A stretch of 64,000 bases of DNA from Massalongia carnosa. Lineage: Eukaryota. Positions 11,797-26,046 of this stretch are shown here, one piece after another (position 1 is the first letter of the stretch; each line of letters begins with the position of its first letter). The notes below the pieces were generated by a model. That model saw nothing but the letters and a program-made list of their open reading frames with translations. It did no database searches and was not told the DNA's origin. Position numbers and translations under genes: made by a program. Location of the stretch: the NCBI GenBank assembly GCA_965645245.1, contig OZ287085.1:496001-560000 (forward strand). Reading direction: 5' to 3'.

Positions 11797-12696
11797 CTTG
11801 CGATGTATGTAATGAGATTGACTTCCACGCGGGTAAAAAAATAACTGTCACAGTGCCGAGGTAAACCCACACTTATCAAAAACATATCAAAAATAATCAA
11901 ATTGCTTCATTTATTTACATTCAATATTCCGTTAATGCTTCATGACTATCAATGATAACTCTCAATCGATTAGGCATTGATCGAACTCGTTCATTAATAA
12001 ATTCCTGAGAAATACGATTCCAGCTCTCTCGAATCAGTTGTTCTAAGGTAGCATCATTTTTCAATAAAGATATTTACAAACATGCTGCTTAATTGATAAT
12101 GAGCAATTTTCAATGAAAATCAAATCGAATGACGAAGAACAATTGAAATAATGCTTCAAATAATGATTCTGTTGAATATCCAATTCCTACCAGCACAATG
12201 AACACCTATCAGTACGATGAACATAGCACCTACGGCTGCCCTAGATGGACAGATCATCTACGGAAACCGTAGATGCCGCATTAGGCTTAGTCCCAAGATA
12301 AGATAAGATCACCTCGCTTAGAAGGGGGTGACCAGTAATAGGAAAAGATTGCTGCCTAGCAACTCTTCATCCTTAACATCACGGTCATACATACCTTTAT
12401 TATTACATAGCCATATAGCCATAGTCATATACCTATTTCAACAGGTTATGAGCCCGGAAGGGTGCTATCGATTTAAATGAATCGAAGCTTTTAATCCGCA
12501 GCATCGCAGTGCAATTAGCTAAGCATCGTTCCTATTCAATGAATCGTAGACACATGACTAAAATCTTTCTGTGTCTTTAGAAACGATCCCTCAAATCACA
12601 TCAATCAGTTCTCTCTTCTGTACACAGCGATTTCTTGTCAGAAGCACAAAAACAGCGTATTAGAAAGAGCATGAACACATTGATCGTACTACACCG

Positions 12697-13498
12697 AAGC
12701 CCTCGGACACCAAAGAGCTTGCTAAGCTCGATGGTCGAAGGCACCCAAGTCCTCGGACACCAAAGAGCTTGCTAAGCTCGATGGTCGAAGGCACTCAAGT
12801 CCTCGGACACCAAAGAGCTTGCTAAGCCCGCTGGTCGAAGGCACTCAAGCCCTCGGACACCAAAGAGCTTGCTAAGCTCGATGGTCGAAGGCACTCAAGT
12901 CCTCGGACACCAAAAGAGCTTGCAATGCTCGATGGTCGAAGGCACTCAAGTCCTCGGACACCAAAGAGCTTGCTAAGCTCGATGGTCGAAGGCACCCAAG
13001 TCCTCGGACACCAAAGAGCTTGCTAAGCTGGATGGTCGAAGGCACCCAAGTCCTCGGACACCAGAAGAGCTTGCTAAGCTCGATGGTCGAAGGCACTTAA
13101 GTCCTCGGACACCAAAGAGCTTGCTAAGCTCGATGGTCGAAGGAACTCAAGTCCTCGGACACCAAAGAGCTTGCTAAGCTCGATGGTCGAAGGCACTCAA
13201 GCCCTCGGACACCAAAGAGCTTGCTAAGCTCGATGGTCGAAGGCACCCAAGTCCTTGGACACCAGAAGAGCTTGCTATGCTCGATGGTCGAAGGCACTTA
13301 AGTCCTCGGACACCAAAGAGCTTGCTATGCTCGATGGTCGAAGGCACGCAAGTCCTCGGACACCAGAAGAGCTTGCTATGCTCGATGGTCGAAGGCACCC
13401 AAGTCCTCGGACACCAGAAGAGCTTGCTAAGCTCGATGGTCGAAGGCACTCAAGTCCTCGGACACCAAAAGAGCTCGCTAAGCTCGATGGTCGAAGGC
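12697..13498 (+). repeat. Tandem array of 16 x 50-51-bp units in the Copia 5' leader
   Basis: Consensus AAGTCCTCGGACACCAAAGAGCTTGCTAAGCTCGATGGTCGAAGGCACTC; degenerate extra copy near 13600-13645. Confidence 0.95.
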
Positions 13499-16400
13499 AA
13501 AAAAAGTATATTGCTGACCCTGAGCGCCGCATTGGTTCAAAAATCATCAAAGCGTCAGTTTCACCCGTGGTTGAGTTCTGGACACGCAAAAATACAAAAT
13601 CCCTCAGACATCAAAGAGCTTAGTAAACTCATTGATCGAAGGCACAAAGACCTTTCTTTTTGGCAATTATGCCTTCTTAAGGCACTAGATGAGATTGTGC
13701 GGCAGTTGCCTCTTATTATTTAACCGGCCTAAAGCCGGTTAAATCAAATTGGAATAACCCTGCGCTCAATTTGCTTCTAGTCAATTGGACCCTTGAAAAA
13801 GCCGAAGTGGAAATTCTCATCATGGCAAACAAGCATGTTAAGCAAACAGGTTTCTCTGTTGAGACATCAGAGTGGACTCTGGCTAAGGAGGGACTGTTTT
13901 TTCTTTGTCTATAAGAAAGGTCACAGATCCACATTCTTTCAGTCACTACTAAGTTTCTCGCCTTGTTCAATTGCTCCCCATTCTCCCATTATGTCTATCA
14001 TAGATACGTCACATTTTTTGGAGAAAGCCGAAAGATATTCGGCATGGGCAAGCTATACGAAGGGCATTCTGCTCAAGAACAACTGCGAAGGAGCCATTCT
14101 GGAGAATCAATCAGAAATCACCGCTGAAACCATCAAGGAAGGTTTAATACAAGCAGGCTTCGACGCCAAAGGTATTTCAGTCAGCATCTTGGTAAAAGAA
14201 CTGCGTGACTAGAAGAATAGACAGAAGGCCGAGATGACCAAGGCTATAGGAATCATTCACGGATTAGTTGCGGAGTGCCATTACAGCCTCATCGACAACA
14301 AGAATGCGGCAGAAAGGTGGAAAATCCTGAAGGATAGATTCCAAGATATAGCACCAATGAGCATCAGCGACATCATTCTGAAGGTTAGTTCCAAGAAGAT
14401 GACCGACTTCGAGACGACCAGTCTATACTGTGCATATTACGAAAGCGCTTTAAACAAGATTAAAGGAATACTGGACGACAAGGCCAAAGTGGATGTGCAT
14501 ACCGTGGAGTTTATGCTTAAGGGAATGATGCTGGGTAACACCAGACGTCTATTCCCCATTGATAGCCCAACTTCGACGAGATTGAGCATACGAAACCACA
14601 AACCTGTCGGAAGCAATGAAGACCATTATTGCTTATTATGTCAACATGAAAATCACCAAGGCACTTCATATCAGCACACCTGACTCAAGAGGTCGAGCCC
14701 CATCAGGGAACTGCACCTTCTCTTAATGTGTCAAGAGAAAGAACACTCGTCATTGGCTAGATACCTGTTTACAGAAGTTTCCACAGTTAAAAAGACATAG
14801 AAGTTCGCTCGAATCCGGAAGAGCAAAGAAACAAAAGACTACCTCGTTAGAAACGAAGGGCGGACTTATCTCATACTTCAACCAACATTCCAACGACCAT
14901 TGACACTCCAGATTTGAGGATGCAGTTGAGCAAAGTGGACGAGGACACCTATCATGGACTGGACGTCACTACCTGTCAAATCAAAACTCACTACATGGCA
15001 TGGAAGGCTTGGTCATCTCAACATAGCAACGTGTCGAAAATATCTGAAAACGCTAGACATAACGTACGATGACGATATCAACCACGGTTGGTTTTTCCAT
15101 GCATGCGAAATGGGAAAAGCCAAAAAGATATACAACCGAACACGGTAAGAGAAGGCCACAGAGCTCTTTCAAAAGATAAACTCTGACCTAGTGGGACTAA
15201 TCAAGCCATCAGGACTTCTTGAAGAACTTTACTTCTTCACTTTCACCTGTGATGCTAGCAGATACACTCATGTCTATACCGGACACAAGAAGAGTGAATG
15301 GTTTGATCACTTGTTGACATACTACAGCATGGCTCAAAACAAATCCGGAAAGGCTAAACTCATAAGCAGTTTTCGCACTGACTTCGGCACGGAGCTTCGC
15401 AGTCACAAGTCAGACGTTTGGTCCTTGGAACAAGGCATAACGTTTGAAACAGCTGCTCCATACTCAAGAGGAAAACGGAGTCGCGGAACGAATGGGAAGA
15501 ACCATCATGGACATGACAAGATGCAGTGTCATTGCCGGAGACATTCCAGACAACTTGTGGGCAGAAGTGGTTCTAGCCATGGTTCACACCAAGAACATCA
15601 GACCAACCAACGCCTTAGCAGGTAAAACCCCGTATGAGATCTTCGAGAAGAAGTCACCTAAGCTGGATCACCTGAGAATTCTCGGATCTACAGTCTATGC
15701 ATTAATTCACGAAAAAGAGCGAAAAGGAATAAACAGCAAGGCTGCTAAATTTTCTCCGAGGGCTCAGAAGGAATCCTGTGTGGATATGACAGAAGCACCA
15801 TCTATCGCGTCTTTATGGAAAAAGACTACAAGGTCATCAGGGTCATGGACTTACGAATTCATGAAGACGCCACATTCAAAGATGGGACCGATCTACCCAC
15901 GTACGACTCAACATATCATCAAGCAATGAACTCCAAATACGCAAACGAATGGAGTCAGTCTGGGTAATGGATGAGATCAAAAATCTGATGGAGAATAAAA
16001 TCTGGGATACATTACCTACCGAGTCCATGGAACCCGGACATATAGTCTTAAGTGGCAAATGAGTATTCAAGCTGAAACGGGACGTAAATGAAAAGATCGT
16101 TCGCTTTAAAGCCAGATGGGTTGTCAAAGGATATCTACAACAATACTGAGTAGATTTCGATCAAACCTTTGCATCTATGGTCAAACAATGGCTTTTCGCT
16201 TGCTATTCGCGTTAGCTGCTCATCACTATCTGCACATCGAGCGACTGGATATAGTGACAGTTTTTCTGAACGGTCTCATTATCAACTCATCTATGTCCAC
16301 ATGCCGAAAGGATATGACACAGCTGGCATGGTGTGTAGGTTGAACAAAGCCCTGTACGGTTTGAACAGTCTCCGCGTCTCTGGTATGAATGACTGTCAGC

Positions 16401-17676
16401 TTTTCTATTGAGCAAATTAGGATTGGAGAAACTCCACGCAGATCATAACATTTTCGTCACACCTCAAGGGATAAAAGTACACATTGTTACCTCTTTCGTT
16501 GACGATTTGAACATCATAGGCCCAAAGGGTTCCCCGATGATCACCGAAGTCAAGAAACAGCTCAAGCTAGCTTTCAAGATGGTAGACATGGGACCAATCA
16601 GATACTATCTAGGCCTTAAAGTCGAACGAGATCGAGTCAACAAAACCATAAAGCACTCCCATGCGAGAAGGCTGTCTCTTCATCAATGAATTTCAAGACT
16701 CCGACAAGGACATAAAGCAATATCAAACCATGGTCGGATCCATCACGTTCGCAATGATAGAAACCAAGCCTGACATAGCTTTCGCAACGTCCGTAATCAG
16801 TCGACATGCAAAGAATCCAGGCAAAACAAATATGGAAGCGGCCAAACACATTCTCAGATACCTTAGCGGTACCAAGAATAGAGACATCACCTTCGACAAA
16901 TAGCAGCGAAAATCCAACTGAGGTTATGTGTTCATGCTGAACAATGGACCAATAAGCTGGTGTTCCAAAAGACAAACAACCGTCACATTGTCATTAACCG
17001 AAGCAGAGTATATGGCACTCACCTTAGCAGCAAAGGAGGCAACATGGCTACGTTTACTGATGACCCAACTCGGATTGATGACTTCTGATGACGGATCCCC
17101 GACAATAAACGTGTTAAGAGGAGAAGGCACAATTGCATTGAAAGGCGACAATCAAAGCGCCATAGCACTGGCCAATAACCCCGTATTACACTCCAGGACC
17201 AAGTATATCGACATTCAGCACTACTTCATACGAAACGAGGTGCTAGAAGGAAGAATCGACCTCACCTATGTTCCGACCGAAGACATGATTGCAGATGGAC
17301 TGACAAAAACCCTCACGCACGTCAAGTTCTTCTCCTTTATCAGACAGCTCAACATGGACAAACAGACATGAGAGGTAAAGAAGTTCAACCACGGTTGAAT
17401 CCACGATGGAAACAAGTACTGGTAGGACTTGAGGGGGGGTGTTGAATATCCAATTCCTACCAGCACAATGAACACCTATCAGTACGATGAACATAGCACC
17501 TACGGCTGCCCTAGATGGACAGATCATCTATGGAAACCGTAGATGCCGCATTAGGCTTAGTCCCAAGATAAGATAAGATCACCTCGCTTAGAAGGGGGTG
17601 ACCAGTAATAGGAAAAGATTGCTGCATAGCAACTCTTCATCCTTAACATCACGGTCATACATACCTTTATTATTAC

Positions 17677-18247
17677 TGTGACGAAGCGAGATAGTGAATA
17701 GATTTCTACCATTGCGCCACCTGTCCTTCCCGACCAAAAGGCACAATACTTAGTCCGCAGACCAAGCTCTATTCTACTATAACTGGGACTCCTGCTATGT
17801 TCGCAGTAGGTCCTGCCGTCCGCACCACGCTTGGTCGAACCGTTACACTACCGCCCGTCTAGCTGCGGCTAGCCCCTAGCCGCTTCCAGTTATAGTTAGC
17901 CCCGAAGAATGGGCTCTTCTTAGCGTACGGCCCTCGCCGATCCGACTTAGAGAGTTTTCATCCAACGCTTTCCCGTTTCGTCCTAGCTTCAGTCCGTCGA
18001 AGCAAGGCGAAAAAGCGAGGAACTCAGGTCAGGAATCGAACTCACGACAAGTACACCGATTGATGACTAAGTATTCTGTGACGAAGCGAGATAGTGAATA
18101 GATTTCTACCATTGCGCCACCTGTCCTTCCCGACCAAAAGGCACAATACTTAGTCCGCAGACCAAGCTCTATTCTACTTTAACTGGGACTCCTGCTATGT
18201 TCGCAGTAGGTCCTGCCGTCCGTACCACGCTTGGTCGAACCGTTACA
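17677..18247 (-). mobile_element. TRIM-like non-autonomous LTR element (571 bp) inserted in the Copia 3' LTR
   Basis: Family-A LTRs 17677-17847 and 18077-18247 (2 differences); 229-bp non-coding interior; TSD ATTAC; purine-rich tract and self-complementary PBS on the minus strand. Confidence 0.88.
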
Positions 18248-18490
18248 ATTACATAGCCATATAGCCATAGTCATATACCTATTTCAACGGATTCTCTTAT
18301 CATTTTTTGATAGCGTTTCTGGTTTTGCTCGTTTCATGTCCCGAATCGTGATTTTTCTTCAGAACGAAATCGTTATCTCTTTTCAGTCAAGACTTGACAA
18401 TTGATTTCAGAATAAAATCGATATAGATCTGATGAGTAATCTTTTCATTAATATATTCAGGAATATTATTATCGGACTACCGGCCGATAT

Positions 18491-18660
18491 TGTAACGGTT
18501 CGACCAAGCGTGCTGCGGACGGCAGGACCTTCAGTGAACATAACAGGAGTCCCGGTTATAGTAGAATAGAGCTTAGTCTGCGGAATAAGTATTGTGCCTT
18601 TTGGTCGGGAGGAGAGGTGGCGCAATTGAAGAAATCTATTCACTATCTCTCTTCGTCACA
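18491..18660 (+). mobile_element. Solo LTR, family A
   Basis: TGTAAC...GTCACA, TSD GATAT. Confidence 0.9.
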
Positions 18661-18867
18661 GATATCATGTAACAAAAAAGATAAGCTTATATAAAATTCT
18701 CTTCTTGTAAATTTAGGTTTAGAGGATTCATGATAAATTTATCAATAAATCAATCATTTATCTCATTATAAAGTAATATTCTTCTAACGTAAATATATAT
18801 CTATTATAGAGCTTATTGTTATTAGACATTCAGCTAAACAGTTACGAATCCGAAAACAATTTCATCT

Positions 18868-19110
18868 GTCACGATTCTTCTCGGCACGACCTCGGCACTC
18901 GGATAAACTCAGCACTGACTAGGGCAATCGTAGATAGAAAATAGAGACACTTTCTATTTCGTTCCCGCTGCTACTAGAAGATTCCATGACGACTACCTTA
19001 TTATCTGGCAGATAAAACCCTAATTTTATGGACAAATTAGTTGACGAGGGGTCGCAGGTCTTATAAATCGGGGGTGTCTTATGGGGGGGAGTGGGCTGAG
19101 TCAGCACCTA
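18868..19110. mobile_element. Truncated LTR related to family B
   Basis: Starts TGTCACGATTCTTCTCGGCACGACCTCGGCAC, the reverse complement of the ends of 32481-32725 and 33841-34084; interrupted by the Tc1 at 19111. Confidence 0.6.
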
Positions 19111-19213
19111 CAGTCCCGTGTCAGAAGTTTCCGACTCTACCTGAGATTTTCGTGATTTCGCATTTTAACCTACCAACCTATCAACTTTGACCTTATCATT
19201 TCACCATGCAACG

Positions 19214-19661
19214 TACGCCGCGCAACGAGTTAGGTTAAACCCGTCGGGTTTAGGTCGGGTTTTGGGGTCGGATTGGAACCCCTCGAACCCGACCCGACGG
19301 GTTCGGGTTTTTTATGCGGGTTTCCGGGTTAAACCGTTCAACCTGGTCAGTTTTTTCTTCAAATTAAATATGAAAATTCGACGAAAATATAACGTTTGAT
19401 GTGATAAAAGTTTTGCTTACTATTCATCATTTCTTGATGACTAATTTCCAGAACTTTCAGAATTTTTAAATATGTTTAAAATGTCTAAAAAACACGTTTA
19501 AAATTGAGATAAAAATCGACCGGGTCGGTCCAACGGGTCTAACGGTTAACCCGTGAACGGTTCTCCATCCTACCAGGTTGAGCCTAAAGGTTCCCCAAGC
19601 CGGTAGTGGGTCGGGTTCAACTAGTCGAAACCCGAACCAACCAGACCCGTTGCGTGGCGTA
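19214..19661. mobile_element. hAT-derived MITE
   Basis: TIR TACGCCGCGCAACG...CGTTGCGTGGCGTA; 8-bp TSD ATGCAACG/ATGCCACG; many AACCCG subterminal motifs. Confidence 0.85.
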
Positions 19662-22600
19662 ATGCCACGTACTACGTTGAATTCAATTTCTGGTAATAAG
19701 CCTCGTAATACCGAATTGAATCAATGTTAAAGAGGTATAATTATTGGAGCCTAGGCGTTGGGGCATGAACCGGCCGAAATTGTAAAGACATTAAATATGC
19801 CTCGAACTTACGCCGTGGAATGGGCTGGGTATTACCCACCCCAAAACCCAACCCAATGGGTTATGGGTTGGGTTGGGTTAGGTTATTAATATGAGAACCC
19901 AACCCAATGGGTTTTGGGTTGGGTTGGGTTATCGTTGGGTTACCCAACAGAAAAGGGTACTGATATATGGACACCCCATCCGCTACCTAGACACACCCTC
20001 TCCGGCTACCTAGACACACCCCTTCCGGATTTTCAATCATTGTAGATTTATTTTAACGACTATCACAAAGTAAAATATAGATTATAGATAAAATATTTAT
20101 TTTGTTGACGTCGAACTACCATAAAGACTATCACAAATGCATATGCTATCTTCTATCGAATATCGAAGTATGTCGCCTATTCATCGCTTCCTATTCAAAA
20201 CTCGTAAAGAAAGTCTCTCGCCATCTCTTCCTTTACTCTCCACCTTCTTGTCACCCCCACCCTCTCCACCCCCCTCCTCTACCTCATCCTCCACCACACC
20301 CTCCTCTTCCTCCTCCTCCTCCACCTCATCTACTATACCCCCTTCCTCCTCCTCCTCCTCCACCTCATCCACCACACCCTCCTCTATCATACCCTCCTTC
20401 ACCTCCTCGCTTGATGGAAGCCTACCCCTTCTTGTGTGCGTTGCAATCCTCTTATTCCTATCGCGTTGCTCGGAAATGGAGTTTCTGTTATTGTAAGTTC
20501 GTTTCTTACTTTTCTTTAGAATAATTAGCTCAAGAAGAAACGAAAGTAAGTGACTCGATGCTTACATCTCGCGCTGAGACCTGCTCAACCTGCGATGACC
20601 CGATCTGCGTTAACTGGTCCTCGTCATTGTTATCGTCTTCTTTATTACTAATGTAGACCTTCTGAAAAACCTATGTTAGGCCTTCATGTCGCCTTTGCAT
20701 CTCATTAGTCAAATCCTCAAGACTCATGCTTTCTTCTTCTTCTAAATCTACGTCTAAATTTGAATCAACATTCTCCTTCTGATCGTAGAAACGAACCATC
20801 ATCATCGCGGAGAATGTATCCTGATGAAAATTCTTGCGATGATCGTAAAGGGCTCCCGCAACGCTAAAAACGCGCTCACATCCAACGCCAGCGGCTGGTA
20901 CAGCAAGGATGTCCCTGGCAACCATACTCATTTGTGGAAATTCCGGCTCGAGATCTTTCCACTGTTGTAGAATAGGACCCGAACGATCATGCATCGCTGT
21001 TTATTGTAAATAAGATGAACACAATGAAAAAAGATCTGATTTATTGTATCAGTTAACCTACCTCGCTGACGATAGCAGTTGAACTCGTTATCTAGAGCGA
21101 GCGGAGTAGCATTATTCGTACTCAGAAGAAGATCCAGATTATTCAAGTCTCGCGACATTACGCCTGCGTACTTGTGAGGTTTGAGAATTCTCGTAGATAT
21201 CGAATTCCGCTTCCAGAGATTGCCAATAATGATCTTCCCATCGACTTTCCCCATAGGGCGCATCCCAATTGGGACCCTTGAAAATTAGGTCCTTCTTATT
21301 GGGAGATAGCAATGCCGCCTTTCCATATAGATAACCTAATGACCCCTGAGTTTTAGAATAGTATTGACGTAATTTCGTTGCAGCCGCCTCGATGCCATTC
21401 AATAGCGCACGTTTCCACGATACTCGCTTACGAGATAATCTTGCGCGAGCTTGATCCAGATAATCGAACAGCTTATTGTAGATCTCGAACACCTGATGAA
21501 TGGTCCGTTGCTTTGAGTGACCAATCATCTCTGTGAAGACGCAGAATAGCTTCGTTTAATCGATAAGATATTCTATCTGTGACCATTCCACGTCGAGCAA
21601 TCTCAAATACTCGGCTTCATGTTTATCATGATATCTATTCAGCGCTTGTCGCAACTTGAGCGCTCGATTTAACATGTGACATGTGGAGTCCTATCGAGTA
21701 TTTACATCTTGAAAAAGCTTAAGTACTGTACCGCTGACCGAGTTTCCAGTGCGTCTCTCTTCGTCATTCAATGCTCGTTGAACAGCGTAGAAGTTCTCCT
21801 TTCGTAAATTGCTACTGTTAATATAAACAGCTAATGCTCGAACCTAATCGAAATTTAGAACGACTACCACAACGACTACCACAAAATAAATCTTGCCTTA
21901 GCTAGCGTAAGTGGAACTCCAGGTGTCGGGTTTTCGAAACCCCGTCTATCTTACTTATCATCCCAGCGAGTTTTGAAATCGGCATTTTTGGGATTAATGT
22001 GAATATACCCAAGTAGCTGTTTCACGGCAATTTGAATTACATGCAATAAACAAGGCACTCGCTGTATCTCATCAGCAGCAGTGTATAGAAGTGCCAAGGC
22101 TCGATTGCTTCGTATCATTCGTCGAAACTCATCTACTATCGTTGTGTTATTAGATGCACTCTCCGTGGTTAATGCCAAAACACGATCGTCAATAGAATGT
22201 CTAATTAAAACGCTGTTCAATACTTCAGCAAGTTTTATTCCCGTGTGTGAGCCTTCAACGTGTTCGAAGGCAAGAAGCACTTCGTGATAATTCCATTTAT
22301 CGTCAATGAAGTAAGCATTGATGGCCAGATAACCTTGACGATTAAATGACGACCAACAATCCAAAGCCAGAGAGAGCTTTGAACTACCCCTAGGTAGCCT
22401 CTCGAGCAAAAGCGGAATAATCTCTTGACTTCGGGTCATCAAGCGATTCTTGATTGTCGATGGTGAAGGAAACTGTACATTATCGAGCAGACAGTTGAAC
22501 GCTCTTTGCAATTCGACATTGGCGACACTTCGTAACGGTAGCCCAAGAGCAACAATCATGCGAAGCAATTGAGGCGTGAAATCATCCTTTTTTAGTCTAC

Positions 22601-23308
22601 GCCCGTTGAGAGTTAAGGCCTCTTGTCTTTTTGCTTAAATCTAATATTGATTAGCAAAGCACGTAATGTGGTAGTCATTGTGGTAGTCATACTTCGACAC
22701 GATATCCAACCTTTAAGGAAAGTTGCTTCATTCCTTTCAATGTCGACGTTTTTTTACAGGACTCGGAATTTAAGTGATTAGTCATGCAGTTATTTCCGGA
22801 GCCCAGTATTTGCCTCAGTACCTCAGACGTGCGTGGCTCAATGAGCCGGCTAAGCCCCTCCGGGTTAGCCTATTTTCGCTAAGCCCCTTCGGATTAGCGT
22901 CGCTGCTGACTAACATCAGTGCGATAGCACGTCTGAGCGCAAAACTCAAAATTACGGCCAGATCCGCGTAATAAAAATTTTAGCAGTGCAACCATTCCTT
23001 TTATGGATTTAATACAATGATTAGGGTCGTATTAGTTTACCAGAGTCTGTATTTTATACCAAAAACGCACCTCTCAAGATGGATGACTCGATAATCATGT
23101 GTTATAACTACTGTCAGGCTAAGAAAAGCGATGTGAAAGTCGATTAAGTGATAAATTGTTCGCTTTCGCTCAATTTTGAGGTTGATGAACTGATTATTTT
23201 CATGTGGCGCGATTACATTGAGTTACAAAGATCATGATGATATGAATAACGACGGCCAATCAATGGTATTGTATGATTTATCTAGATTGAAGCTATCTGA
23301 CGAAAGCC

Positions 23309-25987
23309 ATGGCTTTTGTCGGGGGCCCCTCCTCGCCACTTACCGACCTACGGACAAGTCCCTTGACTCCCGCCGGTGCGCTCAAGCGGCCCCACCCATC
23401 GCCGTCAGGCAGTATTGATAGCTCACCCTCTTCCTCCTCCCCTCCTGCCTTACCTGAAAAAAATGGAGGCGCGAAACGCCACCGCCGGCGCATATCAGAT
23501 TACGACAAGCTGGTTGAGGTGCTTAAATTTCTGAGCTCTCTAAATTGGTCGGTAAAAGATTTTTTATCAACACTTTGTAAGAATCGAGCCCGTCATAGTA
23601 TGCGAAAGGCGCAAGGCCAGCTCTTCGATTTTGTCTATGTCGATATTGTGCGGCAAGAAGACTTTTCAAGCCTCATTGGGCCTGGTAGAATATCCACTAT
23701 CCTTCGCAAGAGAGGATGGGTTTGGGCCGCGGATGTGCTTCGTGAAGAAATCAAAGCTTTGGCAGATCACGCAGCCTTTGGCCCTTTCCAGCCGCCCTCT
23801 GCGACAGTCGAGTTTGGGACCTTGGAGGCTATTAAACTTGCTGCATCTGCCGCCAAGCAGTTGGCGCCACGATGGCTTGAGCTAATTGATAGTGTTTGTC
23901 GCGAGGCTCGCCCGCAGGAACCTCTCGATGTGACGTTGAATTCTCCCAGCGGCCGGCACACCGTTTTATTGGCAATGCTTTGTCACAAATTGCGACCAAA
24001 TAAGGCGACCAATATTCAGTCCGTCTTAGGCCTTTATATTTATCAAGGTGGGGCGAGGCGGCGAGTTCTAGATACACTCTGTCATTTTGACCTGACGATG
24101 TCATATACTACCCTGCAGCGGCGCATGTTGTCCTTGATTAAGGAGGCCGAACGAAAGGTTCAGATGCTAGGACAAGGCTCAAACATGATCTTGACATACG
24201 ATAACTTTGACTTCGCAGAAGGTAAACGAGGAGAGCGCACGGGGGATAATAGAGACGTCAGATCAATCACTACCGCTCTAATTTTCCAGGGGCAAGGATT
24301 CGATGCCGGCGCTTTGAGGCAGGATATGTGGCGCCCCGCCACGCATCTTTTATCAGCTGAAAGAATTGCGCGAAAGCTGGAGACTGGTGATCTCGAGATG
24401 CAGGTGAGTTCAATACAGGACGAGGTGTATATACCGCGCTCAATCGCTAATGCACCGCGTACCTAGATTCGTCTTCATCATCTAGAGTCAGCGATTCGAG
24501 CGCTTTATGGCCCAGAGATCGGCGACGTTCAACTTCCTTGGTCGACTGCAATGCCCGTGCTGAATAAGATGAAAAAATACAAGACCAATTACATTCCTAT
24601 CAAACCAGTCATGAAGGATGAGAGCACAACATCTAATAATATTCAAATATTGGAGGATATATTTGTGCGACAGTTCAAGTTCAAGGAGGATGACTCGACG
24701 TTTGCGAGCGTCATTCGGCTTATCTATGGTGACCTCAAGACATGGTCGAGAATGCAATCTGTCAAGGAATTACGTCGTGGGATATCGGAGCAATCTTTCG
24801 ATCGGTTCGACTGGATTTTACCGGGATTAGGGTTATGGCATCTTCGCTTTAACATGCTGCAGCTTATTCATAAAATACATTGGGGAGAGGCCCAGCCGGT
24901 TGATCCTTCGACTCTTCAATATGCCGCCAATCGGTGGGGCCGCGCTCGTGTCGTGCAGCCGAACGATTTCCAGGCCTTAGAGGATCTGATCATTCAGAGC
25001 TATCAAGCTAGAATCGTTGGGACGTGGATTAGGTTTTTACGAAAGGATGGATATGCTCCGCAGCGAATCGAAGCAACTATTTCGTGGCTCACAGCGCAGA
25101 CTTGCGGGCAGGATGGCACCTGGATGAATATGTTGGGCAGGATATCTCGCAAACTTCACGCGGAATTACCCTCAACGTCAATAGATATGCTTCCTCCAAC
25201 GCTTGATCAACAATTTCAGAATCATCAGAACTTCTGTGATCACGTTGAATCGTATCTAACACTTCGATACGCAATCAAATATGCGGATATTGGACTACTT
25301 CGTCACGCATTGCGCCACGCAACGGTGATCTTTCAGGCAAGCGTAGCTGGCACCCCGAAATATGCGCAAGCTCTTCTATACACCCTTCATGCGATTGATT
25401 CTTCCGCAGCGACCATAAGGCTACAGGAAAGTATTTTAATGAATAGTCTTGTCAATTTACGCGGTGACGAAGAGTCGAGTTTTGAGACTGATCGGCTTTT
25501 AGAGATACTAAACAATAACCTCAAGACGTTCCAGCACGAGCGATCTTATTTTTCAAAGTATAGTGACACCTTGCTCGAGAACTGGGCACTCAACGGTCCA
25601 TATCTTATGAAGCTCAAAGAAATCGTTGAGTTTTACTTTGGAAGAGTCAACTCTTCAAGGCATCCAGCAAAATCGGCCGCAGAGGATGTGTGGGGCATGG
25701 CTACGGCACTAGCGCATAAATCACTCTGTAAAAGAAGCTATGATCGATTTTCAACTAATCCAACAGCTAATCTTTATGTTGAGGGATTGAAGAAACTTGG
25801 AGAAAATGTATTAAAATACAATCAGCAGTATCTTTCCGAAGAAATTTCAAAAGAAATTTCAACAGACGACCTTGAGGGTAAGTATGAAGCCGAGCCCGAT
25901 TTTGTCAATGAAACAAAGCAGGTCCCCGACAGCCCTGTCATTTCAATGGCCCGTCTCGAGATATCCGGCGGTATGTTTTTTGATTAA
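23309..25987 (+). CDS. DUF6589/Academ-type transposase, about 871 aa, apparently intact
   Basis: Phase-0 intron 24404-24466 (GTGAGT...GCTAAT...TAG) joins the two ORFs; motifs TYDNFDF, IYGDLKT, PGLGLWHLRFN, PKYAQ, NSLVN and FETDRLLE. Confidence 0.8.
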
Positions 25988-26046
25988 ATCATCGATACCA
26001 CGAGATAGCCTAGTCATGTAAATCCGCGCCGCGCGGCTTTACAGAG

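Larger units (their letters stand above)
12170..18289 (+). mobile_element. Ty1/Copia LTR retrotransposon, full length and degenerate (gag-pol about 13991-17371)
   Basis: LTRs 12170-12443 and 17440-18289 (second interrupted by a TRIM); TSD GATTC; PBS GGTTATGAGCCC; PPT GAGGGGGGG; WHGRLGH, integrase ENGVAERMGRT, RT FVDDL, RNase H SLTEAEYMA/KYIDIQHYF in Copia order. Confidence 0.95.

Noticed and set aside
11849..11855. RAG recombination-signal heptamer CACAGTG implying a true Transib/RAG element
   Set aside because: It is internal to the TIR with no proper nonamer, and the enclosed transposase remnants are IS630/Tc1-like rather than RAG1-like
12697..13498. CRISPR-like array
   Set aside because: Units are head-to-tail with no unique spacers, there are no cas genes, and it lies within a eukaryotic Copia leader; the ORFs over it are repeat artefacts
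19820..19950. Telomere-like AACCC repeats (also near 30990-31030)
   Set aside because: Not TTAGGG arrays; they are subterminal repeats of the hAT element
20102..20524. Pro-rich or Ser-rich protein genes
   Set aside because: Antisense readings of the low-complexity Glu-rich tail of the hAT element
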